Shown here: piece after piece, positions 28,240-39,676 of the stretch | Layout of the letters: every line of letters starts with the position of its first letter | Position numbering within the stretch: the first letter of the stretch is position 1 | From: Lingula anatina | Taxonomy: Eukaryota > Animalia > Brachiopoda | Assembly: GCA_051362555.1 (NCBI GenBank) | Contig: CM120648.1 | Location: 13,140,587 to 13,204,586, forward strand | Length of the DNA: 64,000 nucleotides | Direction of reading: 5' to 3' | Program-made: the position numbers and the translations under genes | The notes under the pieces: model-generated | What the model was told of the DNA's origin: nothing | What the model saw: only the letters and a program-made list of their open reading frames with translations | Databases searched by the model: none

Positions 28240-29059
28240 TAAATATTAAAATGAAAATGCAGTTCACACCATAACATCATAGAATGACCTCATACTTCTA
28301 GTTAAAATAAAAACAGCTCTCACGAGCCCAAGATCTCTCATTACATCAGGATCTTTTATGCACAGTCTTCTGCTTACCTGAATGCGTTTCATTTCATTTG
28401 TTTGTTTATCACTTTGTTTTTGTTTGTTTGTTTTTTCATTTATTTTATTTAATAAATTTGGTTTATGAATGCAATGCCTAGACACGTGATATGCATTTTG
28501 CATTCATTATATATTATAAATTTGTGTTTTATCAATGCCCTATTTATTTCAGTAACCTAGGATAGGAGCCCGGGTGTGCTGGGCTGTGAGTCTCATATAA
28601 CCTGGGGTCAGCTCTTTAATGTTTAAGTACTTCCTAAAAAATATAATTAAATGAAATAAAACAAAAACGGACCGGTATCAAACGAAAACTTTATGGTAAA
28701 GCAACTGAAAAAAGGCGTTAGGCTCTGATGTTCCAACGGCATTTCTAAGGCGTGGGTGGTCGTAAAAATATAAACCATTTCTAAAGCCCCCTTTACACTG
28801 GACGGCGTCCTTTCTACGTCCAGCAGTACGGCCCCGTTTGAGAGTGAAAAAATAATAATACTTTACGTGCCGACAACTGGCCGATCACTGAGCATTCATT
28901 CTGATTCCAAATCAATGCTCGTGCCTCCTTATTACGACCATAGCGATGCCAAACTAATAATTAGAATTTTTGTTCCTTTTGAGAGATTTAAGAGCAAATC
29001 ATTAAGAAAATTCAATTTTTCACTTTTAAATATGTGCATGTGCAATGCTTATTTGGCCT

Positions 29060-30232
29060 TAAAAATACTACGAAACTTCGCCTTCCTAGGATTATTATTT
29101 TATTTGTCAGAAGCATATACTGGTACATATTCGGTAATTCTATTTCCGGTTACTATTTTCAACGGTTACAAAAGTACTACTACTATACTACTATTATTAT
29201 TATTATTATTATTATTCGACATGCCGCGGATACAGCTGTTTTTAACTTCAGGCAAAATTAGATGCCAGTTGGATATACCTTGTCAAGTTAATACTAAGTC
29301 GCTGTAAACAGACACAATTGAATATATCCGATGGTTATAAGAAGCTTATCTTCACATGTGTTCAAAGACGCAGTCGTGTTTGTTAATAACGTCGTAATAA
29401 AACATGCATGGCGAGGAGATAATTGAACAAGGAATCTCTTTTGTATCTTTTACCAAATAAAATGAGTAATGAAATGAGATTTTACGCTATCCACATGATA
29501 TGTTTTTCTTAACCTCCTGTTTCGTAATCTTCCAGCCAATGATATTACTGTGTCATGGCTAAACAACAAACAATCTTACTAAAATCAGTTTTTGTTTTTT
29601 GGGCAATTCTTCAACAGCCACCAGAAAATTCTTACTGATTGTTTTTGAGGCTAACCGTGAACCATTCTCAGATTTGAAAAGGACTAAAAAGCGAGTGCAA
29701 GTAAAACTAATTGACAAAATAAAGAAATATTGCTGATATATTTTTAAAAGAGGAAAATAGATATGTAGCAAGGAGAGGGCAGTAATTGCCGAATGATGAC
29801 AGTTTATTAACTAATAGTTACATTTTCCTAATTCCTATCAAAAGCTTTGAAATGATTAAGGAAGAAAAAGACAACAATCACGTTATAATAGCTGTTCCCC
29901 TTCCCTAATTCTTATTCGAATCTCTTCAGTGACAAAATCAGGAACAGTGTTATAATATTATTAAAATACTGAAATGCTAAAAGCCGCTTAAGCTGAAAGC
30001 AATTAAAAGACAAACCCCTCGGAGATGGGTCAATTCTGTTAGATCAATCTAGGTATGGAAATGGGGTTTAAACGGTATGCAAGCAGACATTGGTGGCAGC
30101 TTTGTTAATCCCACCTACGTCGTGTCTGTAGGACAAATATTTCGCCAGAATAGCTTAAAAATGACAAAATGACACAAGGGATATTGTAAAATATTTTGAC
30201 AACTTTGTAACTATTTCCAACGGTTACAAAAA

Positions 30233-30286
<54 letters not shown>

Positions 30287-31030
30287 AAACTTTCGCATTC
30301 ATAGGATTATTGATTATTTTATTTGTCAGAAGCATATACTGGTATATATTCGGTAATTATATTTTCGGCAACTATTTTCAACGGTTACAAAAGTATTATT
30401 ATTATTGTTATTATTATTATTATTACTATTATTATTATTCGACATGCCGCGGATGCAGCTGTTATTAACTTCAGGCTAAATTAGATGCCAGTTGGATATA
30501 CCTTGTCAAGATAATACTAAGTCACTGTAAACAGACACAATTGAATAAGTCGCATGGTTATAAGAAGCTTATCTTCAGATTTGTTCAAAGACCCAGTCGT
30601 GTTTGTTATTAACGTCGTATTAAGATATGCATTGCGAGGAGATTATTGAAAAAGGAATCTCTACTGTATCTGTTACCAGATACAAATGAGTAATGGCATG
30701 AGATTTTACGCTATCCATATGATTTTTTTTTTTTCTGAAACTCGCGTTTCGTAATCTTCCAGCCAATTTTATTACTGTGTCATGGCTAAAGAACAAACAA
30801 TCTCACTAAAATTAGTTTGTTTTTTTTTTGTTTTTTTTTGGACAGTTCTTCAACAACCAACGGAAAATTCCTACTGCGAGCTTTTGAGGCTAACCGTGAA
30901 CCATTCCCAGATTTAAAAAGGACTAAAAAGCGGGTGCCAGTTAGAGTAATTGACAAAATAATGAAATACTCTGAGATGTTTTTAAAAGAGGAAAACAGAT
31001 ATGTAGCAGGGAGATTGCAGTTATTGCTAA
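29060..31030. repeat. Direct tandem duplication (29060-29790 vs 30290-31030)
   Basis: Colinear near-identical blocks, e.g. TTCGACATGCCGCGGAT and GAGGCTAACCGTGA...CCATTC in both. Confidence 0.85.
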
Positions 31031-31479
31031 ATACAATGTTGTCATAAGAGCCTAAATCTCCTTATTTTACCTTTATGTGGCTTCTGACTGAAACTAGAGT
31101 GTCCGCCATCGGAGCAGGGGGTGCGTGGATTAGACCCCGTCCGGGGACATACCAGTAATTCATAAACGGTGCCTGCACAGCAACACCTTGAATTCAGATG
31201 GTTGAAAGTTTAAGTTTAGGGAAATTTTCTGATGTAAAATATTATGTCAAATATAATGACTCTGATTAATAAATGTAGTTCTTTGCTTTTACATTATACA
31301 TGCAATATTTACGAGAATAAACTGTTTGTGTTATGAAAGTCTACCACTCATTGAGTATGAACTAGTGCCACGTGATCAGATTCAGCCTGATACTTGTTCA
31401 TCACCAGAGGTATTCATCCTTGTTGTAAAAATCGTGTTATATTATATTATATTATATTATATTATATTATATTATATTA

Positions 31480-31950
31480 TCAAATGAGTATGCGTGGGCA
31501 TGTTGGGGGTGCATTTGCAAGGTCAGTCCGCGTTTTGGGTGCATTTCGTGCCCATGCGTATAGTTTTTCATTCCTTGGCAACCTGAGATATTGAACCTTA
31601 TGGCAACCTGAACCTTATTGCAGAAAGGCAATGTTCTGAGAAAGGAACAACCATCTTTGAGGTCAAATACCAACCATACTGAGTACCACAGGAATGATTT
31701 GGAGTGCGCGATGCAGAGAAGAATTATCCCCAACAATAGCAAACAACTCCGTTAAGCTCTTAAGGAATAATGGGTGAACATCCCACAAAACAGGCCTGCA
31801 GCCCTTGTTGGAGGCACGCCACGCCGCCTACAGGAGATAATTGCAGTATGCTGCAGAGGTCCACACTAATAGATACGTGATTTTTTAAAGAGCGTTTCCT
31901 GACGTTAATTATGTATACATTTGTATACCGGGTTTCGTCTTTTAAATTTT
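31480..31950 (+). mobile_element. Old Tc1 remnant upstream of peptide gene A (paralogous to 37370-37900)
   Basis: Colinear similarity to 37370-37900 (e.g. CAACCATCTTTG, GATGATTTGGAGTG-like, GTTAAGCTCTTAA, CGCCTACAGGAGATA). Confidence 0.6.
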
Positions 31951-33409
31951 ATGGTGCTTTTTAAAACATCTATGGGAATCATTGTTGAAATCATATTTAA
32001 CATGGAGCATGTTCTTAATTTGAATGAATGGCATGAATGGATGTCTTCACCAGTACTTTGGCTTTGTTTGCCTTAACTCATGATAAAATTGGTATGTGTA
32101 AAAAAAAACACTCTTTAAAACGGTCAAAGGCTGTCGTGTGATCGTGATCATTTGTAAACAGAAGCATATAAGACTTCAGGTGTGACAAACTTTTTAACTG
32201 AAATTTTTAACAGAAATATTTATGTCTAGACCGAAACCTGAGAGGTAACTTTACTGGGCACCATCACAATTTTACCCCTCTCTCCACACAAGCTTTCTTT
32301 CAGTTTCCGAATCAGTGGTGAAGGTTAAAGGAGACCCAATTCATTGGGTAAAAAATTATCCCTCCCAAAGTCCTTTACCCTTTCCTATAAACAGATTTCA
32401 TTAAAAGCTAGAGTTACACCGCGGGGACAATGGTGACAGTGAAGGGTGACTGGCAACCAAACAAAGATTGAGATTTCGCTCAGATGACCTTGGATAGCAT
32501 GAGCGGGGGTGACAACACGGTTCATACTTTGTCAACAAGTTCCTATGGGAGATAGAGTGGAATTGTTGTTTGTGTGCGTTTGGAAGAAAAACCGTATGGC
32601 AAAAGAGATAGGACATGAGGGATTTTCTCAATTTTATTCTTCTTATTTTTTATTTATAATTGTCATTCTGAGTCAAAGTATCGTTAAAAGTCCTAACTGT
32701 GAGATCCGTTCACCTTAAACAAAATTATGGTTATAGCAAAACAAAAACAAAAACACATCAATCAACAGGTAGTCAGTCAGGGACAGATAACTAAGCAAAA
32801 AAGTTCCGTATTAACTGAAAAGAGTCACGAGGCAACGAGAAGGAAATAAACATGCTTATATGTATACTGTTATCAGTCCTCACACATCTGTCATTATTCT
32901 GATAACGACGATGACGAGTTGGAGCTTTCAACCGTTTATTCACCCACTGATTTTACATACAAACTTAAGAGTTCATATGCTCTATATGCTCTCCGTACCG
33001 AAGCCACCTTTCACTCGTTTTCGTTACATTTGCGTAATTACCAGACTTTTCCATTCTGATGTTTCACTCGTCCGTCCATTATTTCCTAATAAGGCAATCT
33101 GTTAGAGCCTTTTTTAATCAAAAATCTACACTTGTATCATACCCGTCACTCATTTAAATGTGTTAAACACGTGATAGAAACTTTCAATTCCATTGTGGAG
33201 TTAACCAAAGAAATAAACTTGGACATGTTCCATCTTTTCCTTACACGGAAAGGGTTTTCTACACTTGTTAACTTTTGAGGACATTTAACTCACACACAGT
33301 AACTCTTTTTCCTTTTACGTCTTTGATTCCCTTTTACTTATTACTTTTTCCCATTCGTTTTTATAATAAGCTAGGACAGTCCCGGCTTCTGGCAGTTTCA
33401 TCACCTGTT

Positions 33410-33520
33410 GAATAAATGGTGACGTAAGTGAGTGACTCGGCCTGATAAGTTGCGGGCAGGTAGGATGGTAGGGTTATAAAAACTGACGTACGGGGACAAC
33501 TTAACCAGCTCCATTATCAC
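33410..33520 (+). promoter_or_regulatory. Putative core promoter of peptide gene A (TGACGTAA, TGACTC, TATA box, second TGACGTA)
   Basis: TGACGTAA 33420-33427, TGACTC, TATAAAAA 33475-33482, TGACGTA just downstream; block conserved in all three copies. Confidence 0.65.
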
Positions 33521-33561
33521 TGCAGCTTGGATAAAATATTGTCTTACAATATAACGTGAAG

Positions 33562-36500
33562 ATGAAGACCGCATTTGTTCTGCTCTTGGTTTTTACGGTT
33601 GTTGCGGCTCGGTAGGTCTATACGAAATTCTTATCCTTATAATTCTTTTAAACATATCTCTTCTATGTAACTATTAGTTGCTTTTGATTGGTTATTCAGC
33701 CATTTCAGATTTACAGTGATAAAGATGTTCTAACCGTCTCTCTTGTCTCACGTGCCATACTCTGTCCTTCTTAAGCCTCCGAGAATGTTTCACCAATGTT
33801 TTCTCTTAACAGGTGGGAGCTCGACCAGCCACCGCCAGGCGAAGGGTAAGCCAAAAACAAAATGTATTCCTTACAAAGATTTTAAAGGAAATGACCTTCT
33901 TCTCGAACGTAATATATATGTAATATGTAATATATTATGAAAATCAGAGGACCTATGAGTACAATCGGTAATACTGTTAGTAGTAAAACTATAGCTAGTT
34001 GTTACCATTTTGATTATAAAGACGTCATGTGTTTGCTGGGTTCATATCTGAACACTGAAAATCGAAAGCAGAAGTATTGAATCAAAAGAGTAGCTTATCT
34101 GTAATATGTTAATTTTTGGCTCAAATTTATACAAATAATATTAGCATACTTTGCAGCCAATTTTCGATGCAGTTTGAGTTAAATTGAATATATAACACAG
34201 ATAAACGACTGTCTTAATTTTACATCTACCTGTAATTTCTGTCATGGTGTATAATCGACAAGGGTGACATATGTCCCGGTGTGGCAGGAGTTCACGTCCT
34301 AGTAACGCAAGACCGCCCGGACAAGTCCGTCCTGGGAATGCAAGTCCTAGGGCATGCATTGCTAGGAATGGAAGTCCTAGGACATACGTTACTAGGATTC
34401 AATGTCCGTAGGACAAAGGCTCCCAAGTAATGTAAGCCCTACGTGTAGTAATGCACGTCCTAATGGGTCGTGCGTTCCTGACATTTTAGTAACGCATGTC
34501 CTATATAGTTTACACCAAGAAAAGACATGACACTTCAGGCAGAATCACCCGATCAAATAATAAGGGAAATATCTATTTACCAGTTGGCAGACATAAAGAT
34601 ATACTGTACTAAATAGGGGCCCAATATCATTCCACACATTTCAATATGGACTTCGATTAAAATATGGAACTTCCTAAACTAGCTCTGTAGTTAGTAACTC
34701 CAAAGAATTGGATACTATTCAAAAGTTGTGTTTTAAAAAGTAAATTTTATTAATACAACCATTAAGTCATGTAGATTTAAGATTATACTAACATAATGAC
34801 TGTGTGGTCACACTATATAAAGTACGTTCAGTTAACAATGTATGATATCATTTAAAGCGGAGGGGGTCCTACTATAGCTCGCATCTATTGTTCAACACGA
34901 TTGTTATCATTTCCCAAACAAGCTAAAACCATGCTTTTACAATTTTCCAAAAAATAAAATGGAATAAAATCGGAGTTGGTTTGAACTGAAAATATAACAA
35001 AAACAACGGCTGTCTAAATTTTACATCTACCTGTAATTTCTGTCATGGTGTGTAATCAAAAGTTTACATTGCCAGATGATACTTATGTTCCAGTTACCTT
35101 TGTTCTGGGAGATTTTTTTTTACCGTGTTCCAATATATGCTGTAGTGATTCAGTCTAATTAAGTTATGGCTTACTAAAACAAAATTAGTAATTCGTGCAA
35201 TAGGTAACAGGGTTTTCTGTATAGTATTTTTATATGTTGTTTGACATTTCAGCAACACTAATAAAAAAAATGGTCCATTTGATGCTTCTTTTATTGTCAG
35301 CACGCTGCATTTCTATAATATTAATTGACAATCAAACTTAAACTAGGTACCAAAATCAATCGCTCTGAAAAACCTTTTTTGATGTTTTTACAACATTGCA
35401 TTTGTAATAGATTAATCATAAAACTAAAACCAGTTGTGATCAAATTTTCGAAGTAAATAAAACACTTCCGTAGCTAAATACAAACTGTATGCTTCTTTTT
35501 CACATTGGCTGTTGAATTATTTTTATTCGCCATGATTTCAGGACAGTGAAACTTTGATAAGAACTTCTTCATGATTATGTGGAATCCTGAAATTATCAAA
35601 CATAATTTCTACCCCGAGTACTAAATATTTAAAAAGCACGTCTGTGACATTATTTGCGCCTATATATTGGGCTTAGATGCATATAGTTTGTATATTACAG
35701 CTCTGTTGGTATTTGGAAGTGCTAGCAGGTGTCTAAACTGCATGGTTACTTTACCAATCTAAAATATTTTTACGTGCGGATGGTGACAATAGAAAGTTAT
35801 GACGGTTGGAATTATAAACACAGGTAACCTAAATTATTAAACTTTTATTTGGGGTACCTGGCGTCACGGCTAATTATAAGACGTATAAATAATAACGTTA
35901 TTTAAAAAAATTACATACAAGTAGCAGATGTTAGGGTGCATAAACTGAGCAAAGGAGCGTGTTATAGCATTGTAGCTCTGCGCCAGATTGACGCAAAACA
36001 GATTTACATTGCCAATATTATTGTATCGCAAGCAACGTTGGGGGCATCTACATCTGGAGTTGAATTCACGTTGGTGCCAAAACCTCATTGGCATCAAAAC
36101 CATCATACATAGCAACCCAAACTAGATCAAACGTAGGAACATTTGCTAGGAGACACCTCAGGAAAAATTTCACAACACAAGATAGAAATAACGCTTTAAA
36201 CGGTCGTGTTTGACTTAGAATCAGTTCTGCTTTTTTTTTTACCTTAATTTAGTGAATCCAATTAAGTATCTGATGTCAAAATTACACTGATTAGAAAATT
36301 AAAATTTCAAACGAGAATTTGAGTCTCGTTTTCATTTTAAAATCTGAAAGTAGGAGAAGTAATGTCATTTAGTTCGTAGTGTTGCGGTTCAGGGGCGACT
36401 TATAAAACGTAGCTTTCATTGTAAGTTTGGGTATGTATGTATTATATTTGGACTATGTTTTATTTTTTAGATTTATTAAGTGTCAATATAATTTAATACA

Positions 36501-36654
36501 TGCTGCACCAGAAGAATTTACACGCGATGACAAACAAAGTTAAGGATTGTTAACATAAGCAGCTTTAAGTCTATTACACAACCCAAGGTACAAGTATGTA
36601 CCCCTGCAAAAGTGACGCTATAGAAGTTATTCAGAGGGGGATCAAGAAACACAC

Positions 36655-36687
<33 letters not shown>

Positions 36688-36899
36688 CAAATATGTAAAA
36701 GTTTAAATGTATTTTCGCAGAAGGCAGAGTCAAGTAACACCCTGTAGGGGACCCGTTTGGCGGTAGTTTTGGAATCACGTCACTTCTTATCTTTAACAAT
36801 CCCCCTTTTCTCTTCCTCAGTGGACCACGAGGTCTTAACGAGGGTATCGTCATGAAAGTCATCAAACGTGCAGTTGACAACCAGAGGATGGAAAGGTAA
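33562..36899 (+). CDS. Secreted peptide precursor copy A (exons 33562-33611, 33813-33845, 36821-36895/36899): MKTAFVLLLVFTVVAARWELDQPPPGEGGPRGLNEGIVMKVIKRAVDNQRMER*
   Basis: ATG about 85 nt after a TATA box; hydrophobic signal exon ending CG|GTAGGT; 33-nt exon (TTAACAG| ... GG|GTAAG); 75-nt exon (TTCCTCAG| ... AG|GTAAAT). All junctions phase 2 and homologous to copies B/C. No exon-4 homologue seen, so the 3' end is uncertain. Confidence 0.72.
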
Positions 36900-37369
36900 A
36901 TATCTGGTGTAGGAATTGTAATTTTGATGTATGTTTTATTTTTAAGTTTTACTTTTTATTCTATTTTCATAGGATTTCGATCAATTCATTCAAAATATAC
37001 CTAACCCAGATTAACTGAAATCAGGCGGTGTTTGTAAAGTTATTAACAAAGTTTAACCCATGTAGCTTCAACATATGGCACAGTCCAAATGGTATGAGTT
37101 GCAATAAATATACTAGTACACCATAACTATCCATATTGTTTAAATGTGAAGAATGGACACGGTAAAATGCCGGTTTTCGAAATTTACCGAAACAGCGCCT
37201 AAACTGAGATTGCCCCTCGAAATGAAATATGAAACTTTAAAAAGCATGATTTTGTTTTATTAATGATGAAAGCTGAACTACGGCGTTTGATAAAATCGCT
37301 GTCAGGGTTCTCGAGTATTAAATAGTGTAATTAAATTACATTACATTTGCAAGTCTGGAAGGGTGATAT

Positions 37370-37900
37370 TGGTTGAGGTGCCATGTCAGTCCGCGTTTTG
37401 GGTGAATTCCATGTCAATGCTTATGGTTTTGAAGAATCTTCATTCCGGAACAGAGCATTAATTGGTACATTTGCAGTAACTTTCTCAACAGATATCTCCC
37501 TCCATCAGTAGAAAGTGACTTCACTTATGAGTACAGGCTTCATCATGACAACGCACTGGCTAACAGTTCTTGTTTGTTGACTGATTTGTTGCAGAAAGGA
37601 GATATTCTTAGATGGGTACAACCATCTTTGGGGTCGAATACTAACGGTACTGAGTACCTGAGGGATGATTTGGAGTGAGCGATGGACAGAAGGATTGTCC
37701 CTAACAATAGGAAACAATTTCGTTAAGCTCTTAAAGAATAATGGCACAACATAAATAGACCTGAAACCCTTGTTGGAGGCATTCTGGCCGCCTACAGGAG
37801 ATATATGCAGTACGCTGCAGAGACCCACGCTAATATGCACATGACTTTTAAAGAGCGTTTCCTGATGTTGATTATGTATACATTAATGACACTTGGTGGC
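37370..37900 (+). mobile_element. Old Tc1 transposase C-terminal remnant, duplicated with the peptide-gene unit
   Basis: Reads HHDNALA...QPSLGSNTNGTEYLRDDLE*...ALKE*WHNI, a decayed form of QDNA..H / WP..SPDLNPIE.LW / L..EW..I. Confidence 0.65.
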
Positions 37901-39519
37901 GTCTTTTAAATTTTATGGTCATTTTTCACTTCTATGGAAATCACTGTGGAAATCATATTTAAGATGGAGCATGTTCTTAATATGAATGGATGGCATATTG
38001 GCTTTTCCTTACCTGAAGTCACCATAATCATGGCATATGAAATTAATACAATATTTAAAACGGTTCAAAGCTGTCATGTGATCGTGATCATTTGTAAACA
38101 GAAGCACATACAGGTAGGACTTACGGTGTGACACACTTTTTTACCGAGAAGTGTATAATAAAAATCTTTATGTCTAGACCGAAACCTCTAAAGTAAGCTT
38201 ACAGGGCACGGTCACAGTTTTACCTCCATCTCCACACAAACCCGTGAACAAACACAAACCTGTTTCCTTCTACCTTTGAGTTTCCGCATCAGTGGTGAAG
38301 GTAAAAGGAGACCCAATTTATTCGGTAAGAAAATTTCCCTCACAAAGCCAAAAGAAATGTACACAGGTTTTCCACTTTTCTTCTTTTACCCTTTATTATA
38401 AGCAGCCTTCATTAAAATCTAGAGTTACACTGCGGGGCCAATGGTGACAGTGGGCCGTGAACGGTGACTGGCAGCCAAACAAAGATTGGATTGTCACTCA
38501 GATGGCCTTGGATAGCAGGAGCGGGGGTGACAACATGGTTCATACTTTGTCGACAAGTTCCTATGAGAGAAACTGTGGATATGTTGCTTGTACGTGTTGG
38601 GAAAAACCATATGGCAAAAGAGACAGTGCTTGAGGTTTTTCCTCAATTTTATACATATTATTTTTCATTTAATTGTCGTTCTGAGTCAAAGTATCTTTTA
38701 AAAGTCTAACTTTTCCACAAAGAGATCAGTTCACCTTAAACAATATTATGGTTATAGCAAAACAACGACACATGAAGTGATGTCATCAATCAACAGGCAG
38801 TCAGAAATTTGCAAAACTGGATATAATCGGTGTCATCAGGAAACCATGATGCTTTAGCATATCACTACTGGGGAAGGGGAATTCTACATGTACATAAAGA
38901 CACCCCAAGATTCTTAGCAAAAAAAATGCGGTATTAACTGAAAATATCCATGAGACCATGAGAAGTCCTCACGCATTTGTCTTTATTCTAATGACGAGGA
39001 CGACGAGTTGGAGCTTTCAACCGTTTATTTACCCACTAACCTTCCATACAAATTCAAGAGTTTATAGCTTTATATGCTCTTCGTGCCATCACCCATTTAC
39101 TCGCTTTTTTTTTTTTTTTTTTCATTGTAGTTTGCGTGATTACCAGACTTTTCCATTCTGTTGTTTCATTCGTCCATCCAATATTTCCTAAGGAGGCAGT
39201 CTGTTAGAGCCTTTTTTAATCAAAAATCTAAAGTATTTGAATTATTCAAACTTGTGTCATACCCGTCACTCAGTATGCATGTGTTAAACACGTGATGGAA
39301 ACTTTCAATTCCATTGTGGAGTTAACCTAGGAAATAAATTTGGACATGTTCGATCTTTTCCCTACACGAAAAGTGTTTTCTTCACTTGTTAACTCTTAAG
39401 GAAATTTAACTCACACTCTTTTTCCTTTTACCTATTTGATTCATTTTCAATTATTCCTTTTTCCCAGTCGTTTTAATTATAAACTAGGACATCCCCGGCC
39501 TCTAGTGGTTTCAGCACTG

Positions 39520-39630
39520 TATAAATGGTGACGTAAGTAAATGACTCGGCCTGATGAGGTGCGGGCAGGTAGGATGATAGGGTTATAAAAACTGACGTAC
39601 GGGGACAACTTAACCAGATACATTACCACT
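39520..39630 (+). promoter_or_regulatory. Putative core promoter of peptide gene B
   Basis: TGACGTAA 39529-39536, TGACTC, TATAAAA 39584-39590, TGACGTA; same spacing as copy A. Confidence 0.65.
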
Positions 39631-39676
39631 GCAGCTTGGATAAAACATTAATATTGTCTTACGATACAACGCGAAA

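Larger units (their letters stand above)
19140..29555 (-). repeat. Right arm of large inverted segmental duplication
   Basis: Colinear reverse-complement match to 1-15140, including the mirrored (GA)n/(CT)n tract, with many arm-specific indels and TE insertions. Confidence 0.9.

Noticed and set aside
32509-33105. Similar short ORFs upstream of copies A and B (32509-32718 vs 38464-38709; 32860-33105 vs 38958-39191)
   Set aside because: Similarity reflects the tandem duplication; indels shift frames between copies, and most of the region is deleted in copy C.
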